From the NCBI GenBank assembly GCA_002496015.1, contig DAIF01000014.1, forward strand, positions 891-64,890: DNA of 64,000 nucleotides, written 5' to 3'. Made by a program: the position numbers and the translations under genes. The notes below the pieces were generated by a model that worked only from the letters and a program-made list of their open reading frames with translations, was not told where the DNA came from and did not search any database. The stretch is from Candidatus Pacearchaeota archaeon UBA73. Lineage in GTDB: Archaea; Nanobdellota; Nanobdellia; Pacearchaeales; GW2011-AR1. Of the stretch, positions 10,642 to 19,613 are shown in pieces (the stretch's first letter is position 1; each line of letters begins with the position of its first letter).

Positions 10642-11145
10642 TTAAATTTCCCAAGCATATCTCTTCGTCTTCCTGTGCCCGTCGGCAGATTCCATTCCGG
10701 TAGAATATTTCTTCTCGTCTTCCTGTCTCAACGAAGATTCTATCCGATTTGCCTCAGGATAACCGTTGGCTTGCGCACCCGTCGCAAAATCTCTTCCTAC
10801 TCCAACCGAACGAAGAGTCTGACCAGATTCGATATTCTCTGAGAGTTTATATTTCGGTCTGTTAGCATCATCCCCCATCCTTCTGCCAACATCATAAAGA
10901 TGAGCCGTAGGCGCTTCAGTTGTTGCCTCTTCGCGGGACGTTCTTCTAACAGGCACATCCGCAACAGCCCTCATTGGTCTGATGCCGTTTTCCACGGGTT
11001 GAAACCCTGTTCCCGCAGAGACCATCTCTGCTGCAGACTCGCTCTTAGTCAGCTCGCGGATTTCCTTGTCACCTTCAGATTCTCGCTTTATCTCTCGGAT
11101 TATCTTAACCTTATCCTTAATCTCCTTTATCTTCACATTTTTCAT
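10642..11145 (-). CDS. Hypothetical charged, probably disordered protein
   Basis: 167-aa ORF co-oriented with its neighbours. Confidence 0.65.
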   Translation of the reverse strand: MKNVKIKEIKDKVKIIREIKRESEGDKEIRELTKSESAAEMVSAGTGFQPVENGIRPMRAVADVPVRRTSREEATTEAPTAHLYDVGRRMGDDANRPKYKLSENIESGQTLRSVGVGRDFATGAQANGYPEANRIESSLRQEDEKKYSTGMESADGHRKTKRYAWEI

Positions 11146-11175
11146 ATCAGAAAGAGGTCAAACAACTATATAAAT

Positions 11176-12726
11176 TTAAAGATTTATCGTCGGAGGAAAG
11201 GCAGGCATATCGTGCGCCTTCTTGTAAGTATCATAAATCTTCCTGCAATTCAACTTTGCCACAAGTATTGCCTGAGAACGAATTACTTCCTCCCAGAAAC
11301 TATCCTTCTTCAATCCCTTTGATTTATCAACCTTCTCCTCTTTCTTAGCAAATTCAAACAACGCAGAGAATGGATTCACATCATCACTGGGCTTAGAGGG
11401 TTCATTTGCCTTGCTCCCGCTCCAATTTATCTCTTTAGCATCACTCAGAAACTCGTCAATATCGTTCTTCATTTGCTCGATACTTTCAGTTGTCGCCCCT
11501 TCTATCATAGCAAAAACATCCCCGAAGTCGTCCTTGTCTATTTCAGCTTTCAAAACCGCAAGTTCATCCTTATTCAATGCAAACCCGGTAAAAGTCACTT
11601 CAACTCGTCCCCTAAAAGAATAACCTCCCTTCTGATCGCTCCTATCAGGAATACTCCTAAACTTAAATTCTATCAAAGTCATCGGAATGTACTCTCGAAG
11701 ATTCATCGACAAAACGCTCTTTGGCAACTCTCCCGTCGCAACATCTCTCTTAGGATCATATTTCCCTTGAGCCAGAATAACAAGTTCAAACACAGCAGTA
11801 TTGAAAGCATTAACTATATCTGGGTTCCATCTCGTGTCTCCTCCCGCGTTTTGCTCCAAGAACTTGGCTGCTCTGAAATACGGCTTCGCCCATCGCGCAT
11901 ACACCTTTAACGAATTTACCTGGCTCCTTAAATAAGCCCTTTCAATCTCATATCTCTTGATTAACTCTCTCTCAGATTCCTCAACCCACTTCAAATATTC
12001 CGAAACTCTCTGCTCAAGGATTCTCTTGACCCTATCGTTTAAATCCAGATTCTTCACATCTTCAAGTGAGTTAACGACAAAAAACGCATCCCTAAGTGTC
12101 ACATAATCGAAATTCTGGCTTAAACCCGCGATACTGGCGTTTCCCCTCCTCAAATCCACATTATCTATCCATATCTGTTTCAACGAAAGGACAGCAGCAT
12201 TACGCGTCCTTGGATCGCCCGAACGCAGTTCTTCATACTGCCTCAATCTCAACTTGAACTCCTTCAAATCATAAATTATCTGTATTATTGATTTCGTCAA
12301 GACTCCCGCGGTCTGCATCATCTTCATCGCTTCCTCCTGCATTCTCGTAGCTCTTCCTTGCATTTCAGCAAAGAACCCGCTCCCGGCAGAAGAAACAAAA
12401 TTATCAACAAGCTTCTCTGCCTTCCCATACAGATAATTTACATAGTCAAGTATCCAAAAATAAACTGGCTCAAGCGACTGCGAAAACGCATCATAAACCA
12501 ATGTATGCTGCTCAATAGGTGATTTTATGCCTTCTTTCTTAAGCGCGCCCTTTGTAGCCATAACATGAAGAACGTCGTGATAGCTAACTTCCTTAAGCTT
12601 CGCAACCTCCGCCGCCTTCAAATATCCTCCGCTCTTAAGGGCTTTATTCACATCGCCAACTTTCTCAGGATCGCAATAAACTTTAGGATTTATCGCTGCG
12701 ATTAAATTCTTTACGTCAACTGCCAT
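11176..12726 (-). CDS. Hypothetical helical protein (516 aa)
   Basis: Long ORF with SD-like gaggtga upstream. Confidence 0.8.
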   Translation of the reverse strand: MAVDVKNLIAAINPKVYCDPEKVGDVNKALKSGGYLKAAEVAKLKEVSYHDVLHVMATKGALKKEGIKSPIEQHTLVYDAFSQSLEPVYFWILDYVNYLYGKAEKLVDNFVSSAGSGFFAEMQGRATRMQEEAMKMMQTAGVLTKSIIQIIYDLKEFKLRLRQYEELRSGDPRTRNAAVLSLKQIWIDNVDLRRGNASIAGLSQNFDYVTLRDAFFVVNSLEDVKNLDLNDRVKRILEQRVSEYLKWVEESERELIKRYEIERAYLRSQVNSLKVYARWAKPYFRAAKFLEQNAGGDTRWNPDIVNAFNTAVFELVILAQGKYDPKRDVATGELPKSVLSMNLREYIPMTLIEFKFRSIPDRSDQKGGYSFRGRVEVTFTGFALNKDELAVLKAEIDKDDFGDVFAMIEGATTESIEQMKNDIDEFLSDAKEINWSGSKANEPSKPSDDVNPFSALFEFAKKEEKVDKSKGLKKDSFWEEVIRSQAILVAKLNCRKIYDTYKKAHDMPAFPPTINL

Positions 12727-12794
12727 TTCATTTCACCTCTTTAGATTATATTTTATAAAATACACATCGAAAGTTAATAAAGATTTCGCGTCAA

Positions 12795-12930
12795 GTGCCC
12801 TGTCCAAAGTCTGTTGATTTTTCCAAACTTTGGGGGGATGGAGGGATGGTCGGGGCGAGCATGTTACGCGCCAGTAATGCAAAAGAATCTAGGCGCGTGG
12901 CTGCAAGCAGAGATTCGACGAAAATCGAAA
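12795..12930. repeat. Degenerate MITE copy next to the IS1595 remnant
   Basis: gccctgtccaaagt end; gggcgagcatgttacgcg and gcgtggctgc match the interior of 14698-14883. Confidence 0.55.
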
Positions 12931-13005
12931 ATTGCAAGAAGAAATAAAGCTTACTTAAACTCAAAAGAGATTTACAAATACTTTGGTGATTAGTACAATT
13001 CAGCA

Positions 13006-13175
13006 CTAAACCCCCCCACAAATATCAAACAACAGGTTAAAAATGCCTTCGTTTCTATAATTGAATCTAAATTCCATTTCTTTTAAGTAAAACAGATAAT
13101 TAGCCTTAGATTCCATAATCCTTATGGAATCTTTCTTTAGCATAACCCCAGAACCTTTCGATCCCATAGCAATAC
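13006..13175 (-). pseudogene. IS1595-family (ISXO2-like DDE) transposase C-terminal remnant, frameshifted
   Basis: GIERFWGYAKERFHKDYGI in one frame continues as KANYLFYLKEMEFRFNYR in another. Confidence 0.8.
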
Positions 13176-13235
13176 ATTTTAGAAAATGCATGAACGTTGA
13201 TTGAACACAGATTTATAATCAATTTTCAATTCATC

Positions 13236-13724
13236 CTACCCTGGCGCTGGCGTACCCCCCGGTGGTGCATATTGAGTGCAATCAATTGTCACTGGAGGAC
13301 AAACCGCTCGTTCACCAGCATCACCCGTCACAATACCTGCAACACTAACTCTTCGAGGTGTCCCTGTCCCTGTCACCGTCCCTTCAAAGGTAACTGTTCC
13401 CAATGATGGACCAGCCGACTCTTCCATACTAGCAACACTAGCACCTGCCTCATTAACAACATCTGCAACTATAGACTGTGCTTCCCCACGCATATTTCTA
13501 ACTCGTACAGTCACGCTATCTGGAGACCCTACAGTCCAGATACAAGAAACTGGCTGAACATCAACACTAAAGCACTTCGTCCTCAAGTTAGTCTCCGAAG
13601 CAGCAGTATCAAAAGTAGGTCTCAAGAAACCCCAAACAATAGCAACAGCAGCAAGCGCTAAAAGCACTATAAGCACCGTAGCGACAATGTTACTCAATCC
13701 TCTTTTGTTTTTTCTTGTTATCAT
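13236..13724 (-). CDS. Archaeal type IV pilin/archaellin-like protein
   Basis: Class III signal peptide KRG/LSNIVATVLIVLLALAAVAIVW. Confidence 0.85.
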   Translation of the reverse strand: MITRKNKRGLSNIVATVLIVLLALAAVAIVWGFLRPTFDTAASETNLRTKCFSVDVQPVSCIWTVGSPDSVTVRVRNMRGEAQSIVADVVNEAGASVASMEESAGPSLGTVTFEGTVTGTGTPRRVSVAGIVTGDAGERAVCPPVTIDCTQYAPPGGTPAPG

Positions 13725-14181
13725 TTTTTACCTCTTAATTGCAAGCCACCGCCACAGACTCTGGGCAAGTCTCTGTATTACCACTACCATCTCTAACCCT
13801 TGCAGCTACTCTTGCTATAAAGGGCGAAGCCGTCCCTATATCATTAACCTGAGTAGCCTGAGACCCTAGAGCTGTCGTTGGAGCAATTCCTTGAGAAACA
13901 TAAGTAATCCCATTATCATCTTCCACTACAGCAGCCACAGAATCCAAGGTAACCTCTGTAGGTACACTCGTCTTTAACTGATAAGCAACATTAGCAGTTG
14001 CTCCAGAAAGACTACACTGTGTTGGCTCAACAGTAACCAAGAAACATGCATTCCTCAATGAAGTTTGGGAAGCGGCATTATCAAAAGTAGGTCTCAAGAA
14101 ACCCCAAACAATAGCAACAGCAGCAAGCGCCAAAAGCACTATAAGCACCGTAGCGACGATGTCACTCAATCCTCTTTTGTT
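13607..14181. repeat. ~103-bp direct repeat (13607-13709 / 14079-14181) encoding the pilin N-termini
   Basis: Three mismatches by eye. Confidence 0.85.
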
Positions 14182-14193
14182 CATCATGTCCAT
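13735..14193 (-). CDS. Archaeal type IV pilin/archaellin-like protein (paralog)
   Basis: KRG/LSDIVATVLIVLLALAAVAIVW. Confidence 0.85.
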   Translation of the reverse strand: MDMMNKRGLSDIVATVLIVLLALAAVAIVWGFLRPTFDNAASQTSLRNACFLVTVEPTQCSLSGATANVAYQLKTSVPTEVTLDSVAAVVEDDNGITYVSQGIAPTTALGSQATQVNDIGTASPFIARVAARVRDGSGNTETCPESVAVACN

Positions 14194-14410
14194 ATCTAAA
14201 AAAGACTTCTTTATAAATGTTTCGTTTTTTCAATTTTGAAAAATTACATTCGATTAAATTTTATTTTTCGACGACGACTTTCACCACCCGCCCCGCCCCC
14301 AATCCCCTCCTCTTTTAATCTCCTCGCTCCTCGTCGCCAATCTCTTAACTTCCCATACCTTAAAGCTCAAGTTAGATTAACAAATCTCCAAATCTAAGAT
14401 TCATATATCT

Positions 14411-15023
14411 CTAAAGCTCCCGCTCTAAATTAATTATCTCCGTCGTACTCCAAGTCCTGATCGCTCCTTGTTTCTTGAAATGTTCATCATCTGACCAAAT
14501 ACCATCGTTGGGAACAGAAAGAGCCAGCGCAACAAAAGGGACATCTTTCTCATCTACTTCCCCAATTATCTCTTCAGCTTCTTCCATTTTATGAGCATAC
14601 TTCTCTCTGTGAACAACTTCAATACTCTCTATCAATAAACCAAACAATGTCTCAAACTCCTCCTACGTCAATCCGGCTCTTTCAATTATTATTTTTCAGC
14701 TCTGTCCAGAGTTTTGATTTTTTCTAAAATTTGGATGGTGGGGCGGGTTAGCAAGGGCGAGCACGTTACGCGAGTGCAAAAGTTGATTAATTTCGAGCGT
14801 GGCTGCGAGCAGGGTTTTTCCTCGTAGAGGAAATGTTAGTGGGGATTTGAAAAATCAAAACATACTAACTCCGAAACAGAGCTGTTTTTTCATATTTTCT
14901 AATTTCAGAGATAAGTGTTTCAGGAGCATAAAGAATAAATGGCGAGTCAATAAGAAAATTTCGGGTCAGACCTTCCTTAAACATCCCTGAAAAGACAACA
15001 TTAGTATCAATGATAAAAATCAT
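14411..15023 (-). pseudogene. PIN (VapC-like) toxin split by a MITE and carrying an in-frame TAG
   Basis: MIFIIDTNVVFS...EIRKYEK | MITE | KIIIERAGLT*EEFETLF...DEKDVPFVALAL...IWSDD. Confidence 0.85.
14698..14883. mobile_element. MITE inserted in the PIN toxin gene
   Basis: agctctgtccagagtt...aactccgaaacagagct; flanks tatttttc/gttttttc. Confidence 0.85.
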
Positions 15024-15035
15024 TTTCTATGATTC

Positions 15036-15242
15036 TCAGCAATCCCCCCCTCTAACAAGCTTATCTAATTCTTCAACATCTTTCTTTGTCAGCTTGGATT
15101 TATTAGCTATAGCATTCGCTATTCTTATCTTTCTGAGATGCTCAAGCAATGCCTTTCTGACGACCCCGCTCCAGTTAACCTCTCCGTGCCTCTTCATCTC
15201 TTCCTTCAAATCTTTCGGCACACTCAAAGTGATATTTTCCAT
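15036..15242 (-). CDS. Ribbon-helix-helix antitoxin
   Basis: MENITLSVPKDLKEEM...VNWSGVVRKAL; directly upstream of the PIN pseudogene. Confidence 0.8.
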   Translation of the reverse strand: MENITLSVPKDLKEEMKRHGEVNWSGVVRKALLEHLRKIRIANAIANKSKLTKKDVEELDKLVRGGDC

Positions 15243-15434
15243 ATGTGTATACACATAATCACACCATTTAATTTTTTCCTTCTCCCGTTAAATATCATAA
15301 ACGACAAACATAATTATCTCAAACCGCAGTTAATTCTATGAATAAAAAGTCCATCAAAACTAACAAAGAACTGCAAGAAAAGGCAGATATTCTCAAATAA
15401 GAAACCTTAAATATCTCAAACGATAACCAATCCT

Positions 15435-15629
15435 ATGAGTGAAATCAAAATAGAAATCCCTGAAGAACTGAAAAGAAAAATAGAAACCAAAATAGGCCTG
15501 ACTCTCTTAGTTAAAAGACTAGTCAAGCACCTCGAAGAAGAACAAGAAATGATAGACTGGTCCGTAAAACTCCAGAGAACTGCAAGAAAAGGCAGATACA
15601 GAAAGCTTAAAGAAAAAGGATTGATATGA
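15435..15629 (+). CDS. Putative antitoxin
   Basis: IKIEIPEELK RHH-like start; ATGA overlap with the PIN gene. Confidence 0.7.
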   Translation: MSEIKIEIPEELKRKIETKIGLTLLVKRLVKHLEEEQEMIDWSVKLQRTARKGRYRKLKEKGLI

Positions 15630-16033
15630 AAATAGTGGCAGATTCAAACATTTTATTTACTTTCTTTTGGAAAGACTCATTTACAAAGGGCATTCTCGTC
15701 GACCAAAATTTTGAATTTTTCGCTCCAGAAATAGCAATTCACGAAATAAAAAATAACAAACAAGAAATAACCAAAAAAACAAAATCTTCCGAAGAAGAAT
15801 TCAATTCGTTACTTGGAGAGTTAGCTATCTTTGTAGAGTTTATTCCCCTCGACGAATACATTGATAAGGTTAGTGAAGCAGACGTGATATCTGACAAAGA
15901 TGATATCGATTTCATCGCTCTCGCCCTCAAATTAAACTGTGAAATATGGTCAAACGATCCTCATCTAAAAGAACAAAACAAGGTAAAGGTTTATACCACT
16001 TCAGAATTTATCCAACACATCGAACAATCTTAA
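15626..16033 (+). CDS. PIN-domain (VapC-like) toxin
   Basis: IVADSNILF, APEIAIHEI, DKDDIDFIALAL, IWSND. Confidence 0.88.
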   Translation: MKIVADSNILFTFFWKDSFTKGILVDQNFEFFAPEIAIHEIKNNKQEITKKTKSSEEEFNSLLGELAIFVEFIPLDEYIDKVSEADVISDKDDIDFIALALKLNCEIWSNDPHLKEQNKVKVYTTSEFIQHIEQS

Positions 16034-16037
16034 AAAA

Positions 16038-16290
16038 TCATTTATGCAAAAACCAAAACGAAAACAACTTTTCATTTTTATCGTCGAATTTTGCAAAACC
16101 AAATCTCTCGAACTGCACAACCGAATTTTCAGAAATTTGTTTCAGAGCCGGCTCACCCAACCCCGAAATCCATCTCCCATCCTCCATCAAAATCCGGACT
16201 TTCAAATTTTTATCTTCGGCAGGAAGCCAATGAATCATTTTCGCACCAAGTCTTGCATCAACTTCCTTAGAAAAAAACTTTTCGTTGTGA
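16038..16290 (-). pseudogene. Orphan 3' end of a glutamyl-tRNA synthetase gene
   Basis: IHWLP...VRILM.DG...GLGE...VVQFERFGF...FWFLHK aligns with the C-terminus of 19614-21272 (IQWVS...IQFERFGF...FWFTHK). Confidence 0.85.
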
Positions 16291-16417
16291 TTTCCCATAT
16301 CGGCATTCTTGATATTTAATAAACATATATAAGAAACCTTCAATAGACAAGTTAAACAGAATACTTATCAAATACGTCCCATTTAGACAGAAGGTCATCA
16401 TAAATTATAAATCTAAA

Positions 16418-17422
16418 CTACTGTTTATCTAAGAACTTGTCTATTTCCTCACTTAAGACCCCTACAGAATAAGATTTACGTTTATTGTCTTTAAGGATCT
16501 CCTGATCCATATCAGACATATCGTATATAGCAACACTCAAGCTATCCCCTATACCTTCTTCTATATTTTTCGGCACGCCTAGATCTAAAATTAAAACATT
16601 TCTTCTCATAGAAGATAAGTCTTCTCGTTTAATCGTTTTCTCATTTGAAGCAATACAAGTCAATATAATGTCTGCTTCTGAGATGATATGTTTAATATCA
16701 ACAAGATCAACCGCTACAATATCGAACATTTCGGCAAGCTGTTCTACTTTCGTCCTACTTCTTCCTGCAACAAAAATCTTTAAGGGAAATAGGCGAGAAA
16801 TCCTTTTGATCAGTTTTCTAGCCAGCATACCTGTGCCTATGATAAGAAAAGATGCATCATGAATAATATTAATCTTGTTCTTCGAGATTATTTCAATAGC
16901 CACATCTGCATAAGAAAAGAAACTTCCTCTCAGAGGATACTTTCTCTTTAAAGACGCGCTTTTCGTTATTACAACATCAAAGAATAAATCTAACTCTTTA
17001 TCTGTAAAGTTTCTTTCCTTGCAAGATTTGTAAGCAGATTTAACTTGCATAAAAATATCTCTCTCGCCCAATATAAAAGAGTCTAAACCGCAACAAAGTC
17101 GAATCAAATGCTTAGTTAAAGACTTCCCCGTAAATACTTCTACATTCAACTCCGTGACTTCATTAGGAATGGTTTCTTGGATTATCTCTCTGAGTAGTTC
17201 AGCGGAAAAAGAAATGCTTGGAAGATGAGAAACATAAAGTTCAAACCTATGACACGTAGCTATCAAAATAAAATTACTTCCTTTATATGCTTTTAATTTA
17301 GATAGAATTATTTCATAAAATAATTCCTCATTATCCCTAAACCACCCGTAGAGGTTATCTAATAAAAGCTTCGAAGTAATTCTATGATTAATGGACAAAC
17401 CAGTCAGCCTTCTACAACTCAT
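16418..17422 (-). CDS. hemA: Divergent glutamyl-tRNA reductase (HemA)-like protein lacking the C-terminal dimerisation domain
   Basis: ATCHRFE (catalytic Cys), HLIRLCCGLDSFILGE..FMQVK, IIGTG, DLGVPKNIE. Confidence 0.75.
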   Translation of the reverse strand: MSCRRLTGLSINHRITSKLLLDNLYGWFRDNEELFYEIILSKLKAYKGSNFILIATCHRFELYVSHLPSISFSAELLREIIQETIPNEVTELNVEVFTGKSLTKHLIRLCCGLDSFILGERDIFMQVKSAYKSCKERNFTDKELDLFFDVVITKSASLKRKYPLRGSFFSYADVAIEIISKNKINIIHDASFLIIGTGMLARKLIKRISRLFPLKIFVAGRSRTKVEQLAEMFDIVAVDLVDIKHIISEADIILTCIASNEKTIKREDLSSMRRNVLILDLGVPKNIEEGIGDSLSVAIYDMSDMDQEILKDNKRKSYSVGVLSEEIDKFLDKQ

Positions 17423-18159
17423 ATTATGGTAGTTTGATCAGACTTAGCAGGAACAAACTCTAAGGAAAATTTAGAATCCCATAAAAACCTCTTCTTGATA
17501 AACCTCAACATAACGAGTGTGGCTGCCGTTACTTCTTCAACAAGAGCAGTATTAACTAATATTTCCTCAAGATAGTGCTCAGTAATATCCGGTTTTATCT
17601 TGAGTTTTTTTACTTCACGTATCCAATATTGAACTGAAGGAGTAGTTTTACCATTTATGAAAAATAAGGCTTTCAATATGAAGGGCAATGCATAATAAAC
17701 CAGCCACTTTTTTGTAATATTATCATCTTGCTCGACAGAAGATATCTTCTTTTCTATCATGTCTACTCTATAAGAGAGCTTAGATTTAGTAAGATCACTT
17801 ATCTTAAACGACTTAAACCTTTTCTGTACTCTCCTCAAGAGGGTTTTACAATATTCGGAATCTTGTTCGTACACTATCTTCCCAGTTGCTAGAGCCCTTA
17901 TTAGAATTGGATCGTCATTACGCAAGCAATTCTCAAATCTTTCTTGAGAATAATAAAAACATTCCACTCTCTCCGATTTTTCCGTAGTCCAGATTTTAAC
18001 CTTGTCTGTTCCAAAAGTAATGATAAAAAAGTCATAGTCTGCATAATTCTCTTTGATAGTCTCTTCTGTTCCCGACCTACTTCCAGAGAAAAATATAGCT
18101 CTTGTATCGGATGTTTTTATTAAGTCCAGAATCCCTTCTATAAATTTAGAGTATTTCAT
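17419..18159 (-). CDS. Pol-beta superfamily nucleotidyltransferase with helical C-terminal domain
   Basis: FSGSRSG...ADYDFFII...VECFY; ATGA overlap with the hemA-like gene. Confidence 0.75.
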   Translation of the reverse strand: MKYSKFIEGILDLIKTSDTRAIFFSGSRSGTEETIKENYADYDFFIITFGTDKVKIWTTEKSERVECFYYSQERFENCLRNDDPILIRALATGKIVYEQDSEYCKTLLRRVQKRFKSFKISDLTKSKLSYRVDMIEKKISSVEQDDNITKKWLVYYALPFILKALFFINGKTTPSVQYWIREVKKLKIKPDITEHYLEEILVNTALVEEVTAATLVMLRFIKKRFLWDSKFSLEFVPAKSDQTTII

Positions 18160-18298
18160 AATAATATTTATTATATCATTATGTATAAAAAATTAACTTT
18201 CCTCAAGGCAGCAAGAAAATGTAATGAAAAATTTATCTCAACTCGCTATTTTCAAGAATAAAGAAAATAATATATACTCTCTTAGAACTTTAATCAAT

Positions 18299-19558
18299 AT
18301 GCAAATAAGGGATTATATAATAAAAGATTCGGCTATTACAAAAAGATTCAACAGAGATTTTTTGAATAACGAGATAAATAAAGAATATATCAAGAGAATA
18401 GATATTTATGATGGATTTTTACCAAAAATGCTATCAGAGAGATTATTCAAATACGGCGGCTATATCAAATTAAGTAAAATACAGAATAAGGAAGAAGTAT
18501 TTTACTCAGAAAAGAAGAGAACTCTTGCTGTTGCCTGTTATGCTGGAAGAGCTCGCAAAAATCACCTTATCTGGTTGATAAAGAGATTTATGAGAATAAA
18601 TGGAATGCGCTACAAAATTTCTGTCTTGAATAATGGAGGCAAATCGCAAGAACAGATAGCTAAAGAATGGATTAGCAGGCTTCCGAGACCAATACCTACA
18701 AAAATAATATTTGGATCACTACAAGGCATAAGCACATTACTTCATAGTTACGACCTACCGTCCGAAATAATAACTAACAAGAATGATTTTTCTTACTTTA
18801 TCAATTATTATAATGCCCGATTCATAGAATATTCTTCAGAGCAACACATTAAAAGTTTATTTGGAAAATTCGATAGAAAGTCTGCCTTTGATTTAGTCGA
18901 ATCCCTTCGCAAAGACCCGTTGTTTTTAGTAGATTCTAAGATACTTTGGGCAATAAGAAAAAGAAAAGATATATTTGAAAGAGGATTCCCCAAGAGTCTA
19001 AATTATATACGAGATGAATATTTAGATTATGCTTATCTTAAGATTAAAGGAAAACGCTTTTTAGTTACTGGTTATCCCTACGGGGATCAAATGGATACTG
19101 TATTGAAAATGCTAAGGAAAAAGTCTAGAATTACAGCAGTTTATTTTATAGGAAGCTGTGGTTCTCTAAAGAAAAATATCAAATTAAACGACTTAATAGT
19201 GCCAAATGCAATCTCTTACAAAGGGAGAACATTGAGCTTTAAGAATGACCTAAAAGAACTGATCGGCAGAAAATTTTGTTATGGACCATTAAAACTGTTT
19301 TGTTTTGACGGAAAATCTAAGGTAGTTGACAGCCCATTAACAGAAATGGTTACGCAATTAGAGTCTTTTGCTAAAGAAGGGTTTGTAAGCGTTGATGTGG
19401 AAGCATATCACTTGATAAGTGCAAGTAAAGGCATACCTAAGATAGGCGTGATATATTACATCTCAGACATGCCATTACATGGAAGTAATCTAACAAACTC
19501 GCCACCGAGCTATGTTGGATGGAAAACAGCAGCTACAAATTTAATCAAGATAATATAG
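18299..19558 (+). CDS. Protein with C-terminal nucleoside phosphorylase (PNP/UDP) fold and unknown N-terminal domain
   Basis: FIGSCGSL....LNDLIVP, VDSPLTE, SVDVEAYHL, YYISDMP; start may be 18224. Confidence 0.7.
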   Translation: MQIRDYIIKDSAITKRFNRDFLNNEINKEYIKRIDIYDGFLPKMLSERLFKYGGYIKLSKIQNKEEVFYSEKKRTLAVACYAGRARKNHLIWLIKRFMRINGMRYKISVLNNGGKSQEQIAKEWISRLPRPIPTKIIFGSLQGISTLLHSYDLPSEIITNKNDFSYFINYYNARFIEYSSEQHIKSLFGKFDRKSAFDLVESLRKDPLFLVDSKILWAIRKRKDIFERGFPKSLNYIRDEYLDYAYLKIKGKRFLVTGYPYGDQMDTVLKMLRKKSRITAVYFIGSCGSLKKNIKLNDLIVPNAISYKGRTLSFKNDLKELIGRKFCYGPLKLFCFDGKSKVVDSPLTEMVTQLESFAKEGFVSVDVEAYHLISASKGIPKIGVIYYISDMPLHGSNLTNSPPSYVGWKTAATNLIKII

Positions 19559-19613
19559 CCAAGGCAAACGCATGCAGTAAACAGAACCTAGAAACCTTTA
19601 GACAATCCCCCCC

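Noticed and set aside
14281-14345. C-rich pyrimidine tract
   Set aside because: Probably a decayed MITE interior; no ends or defined structure
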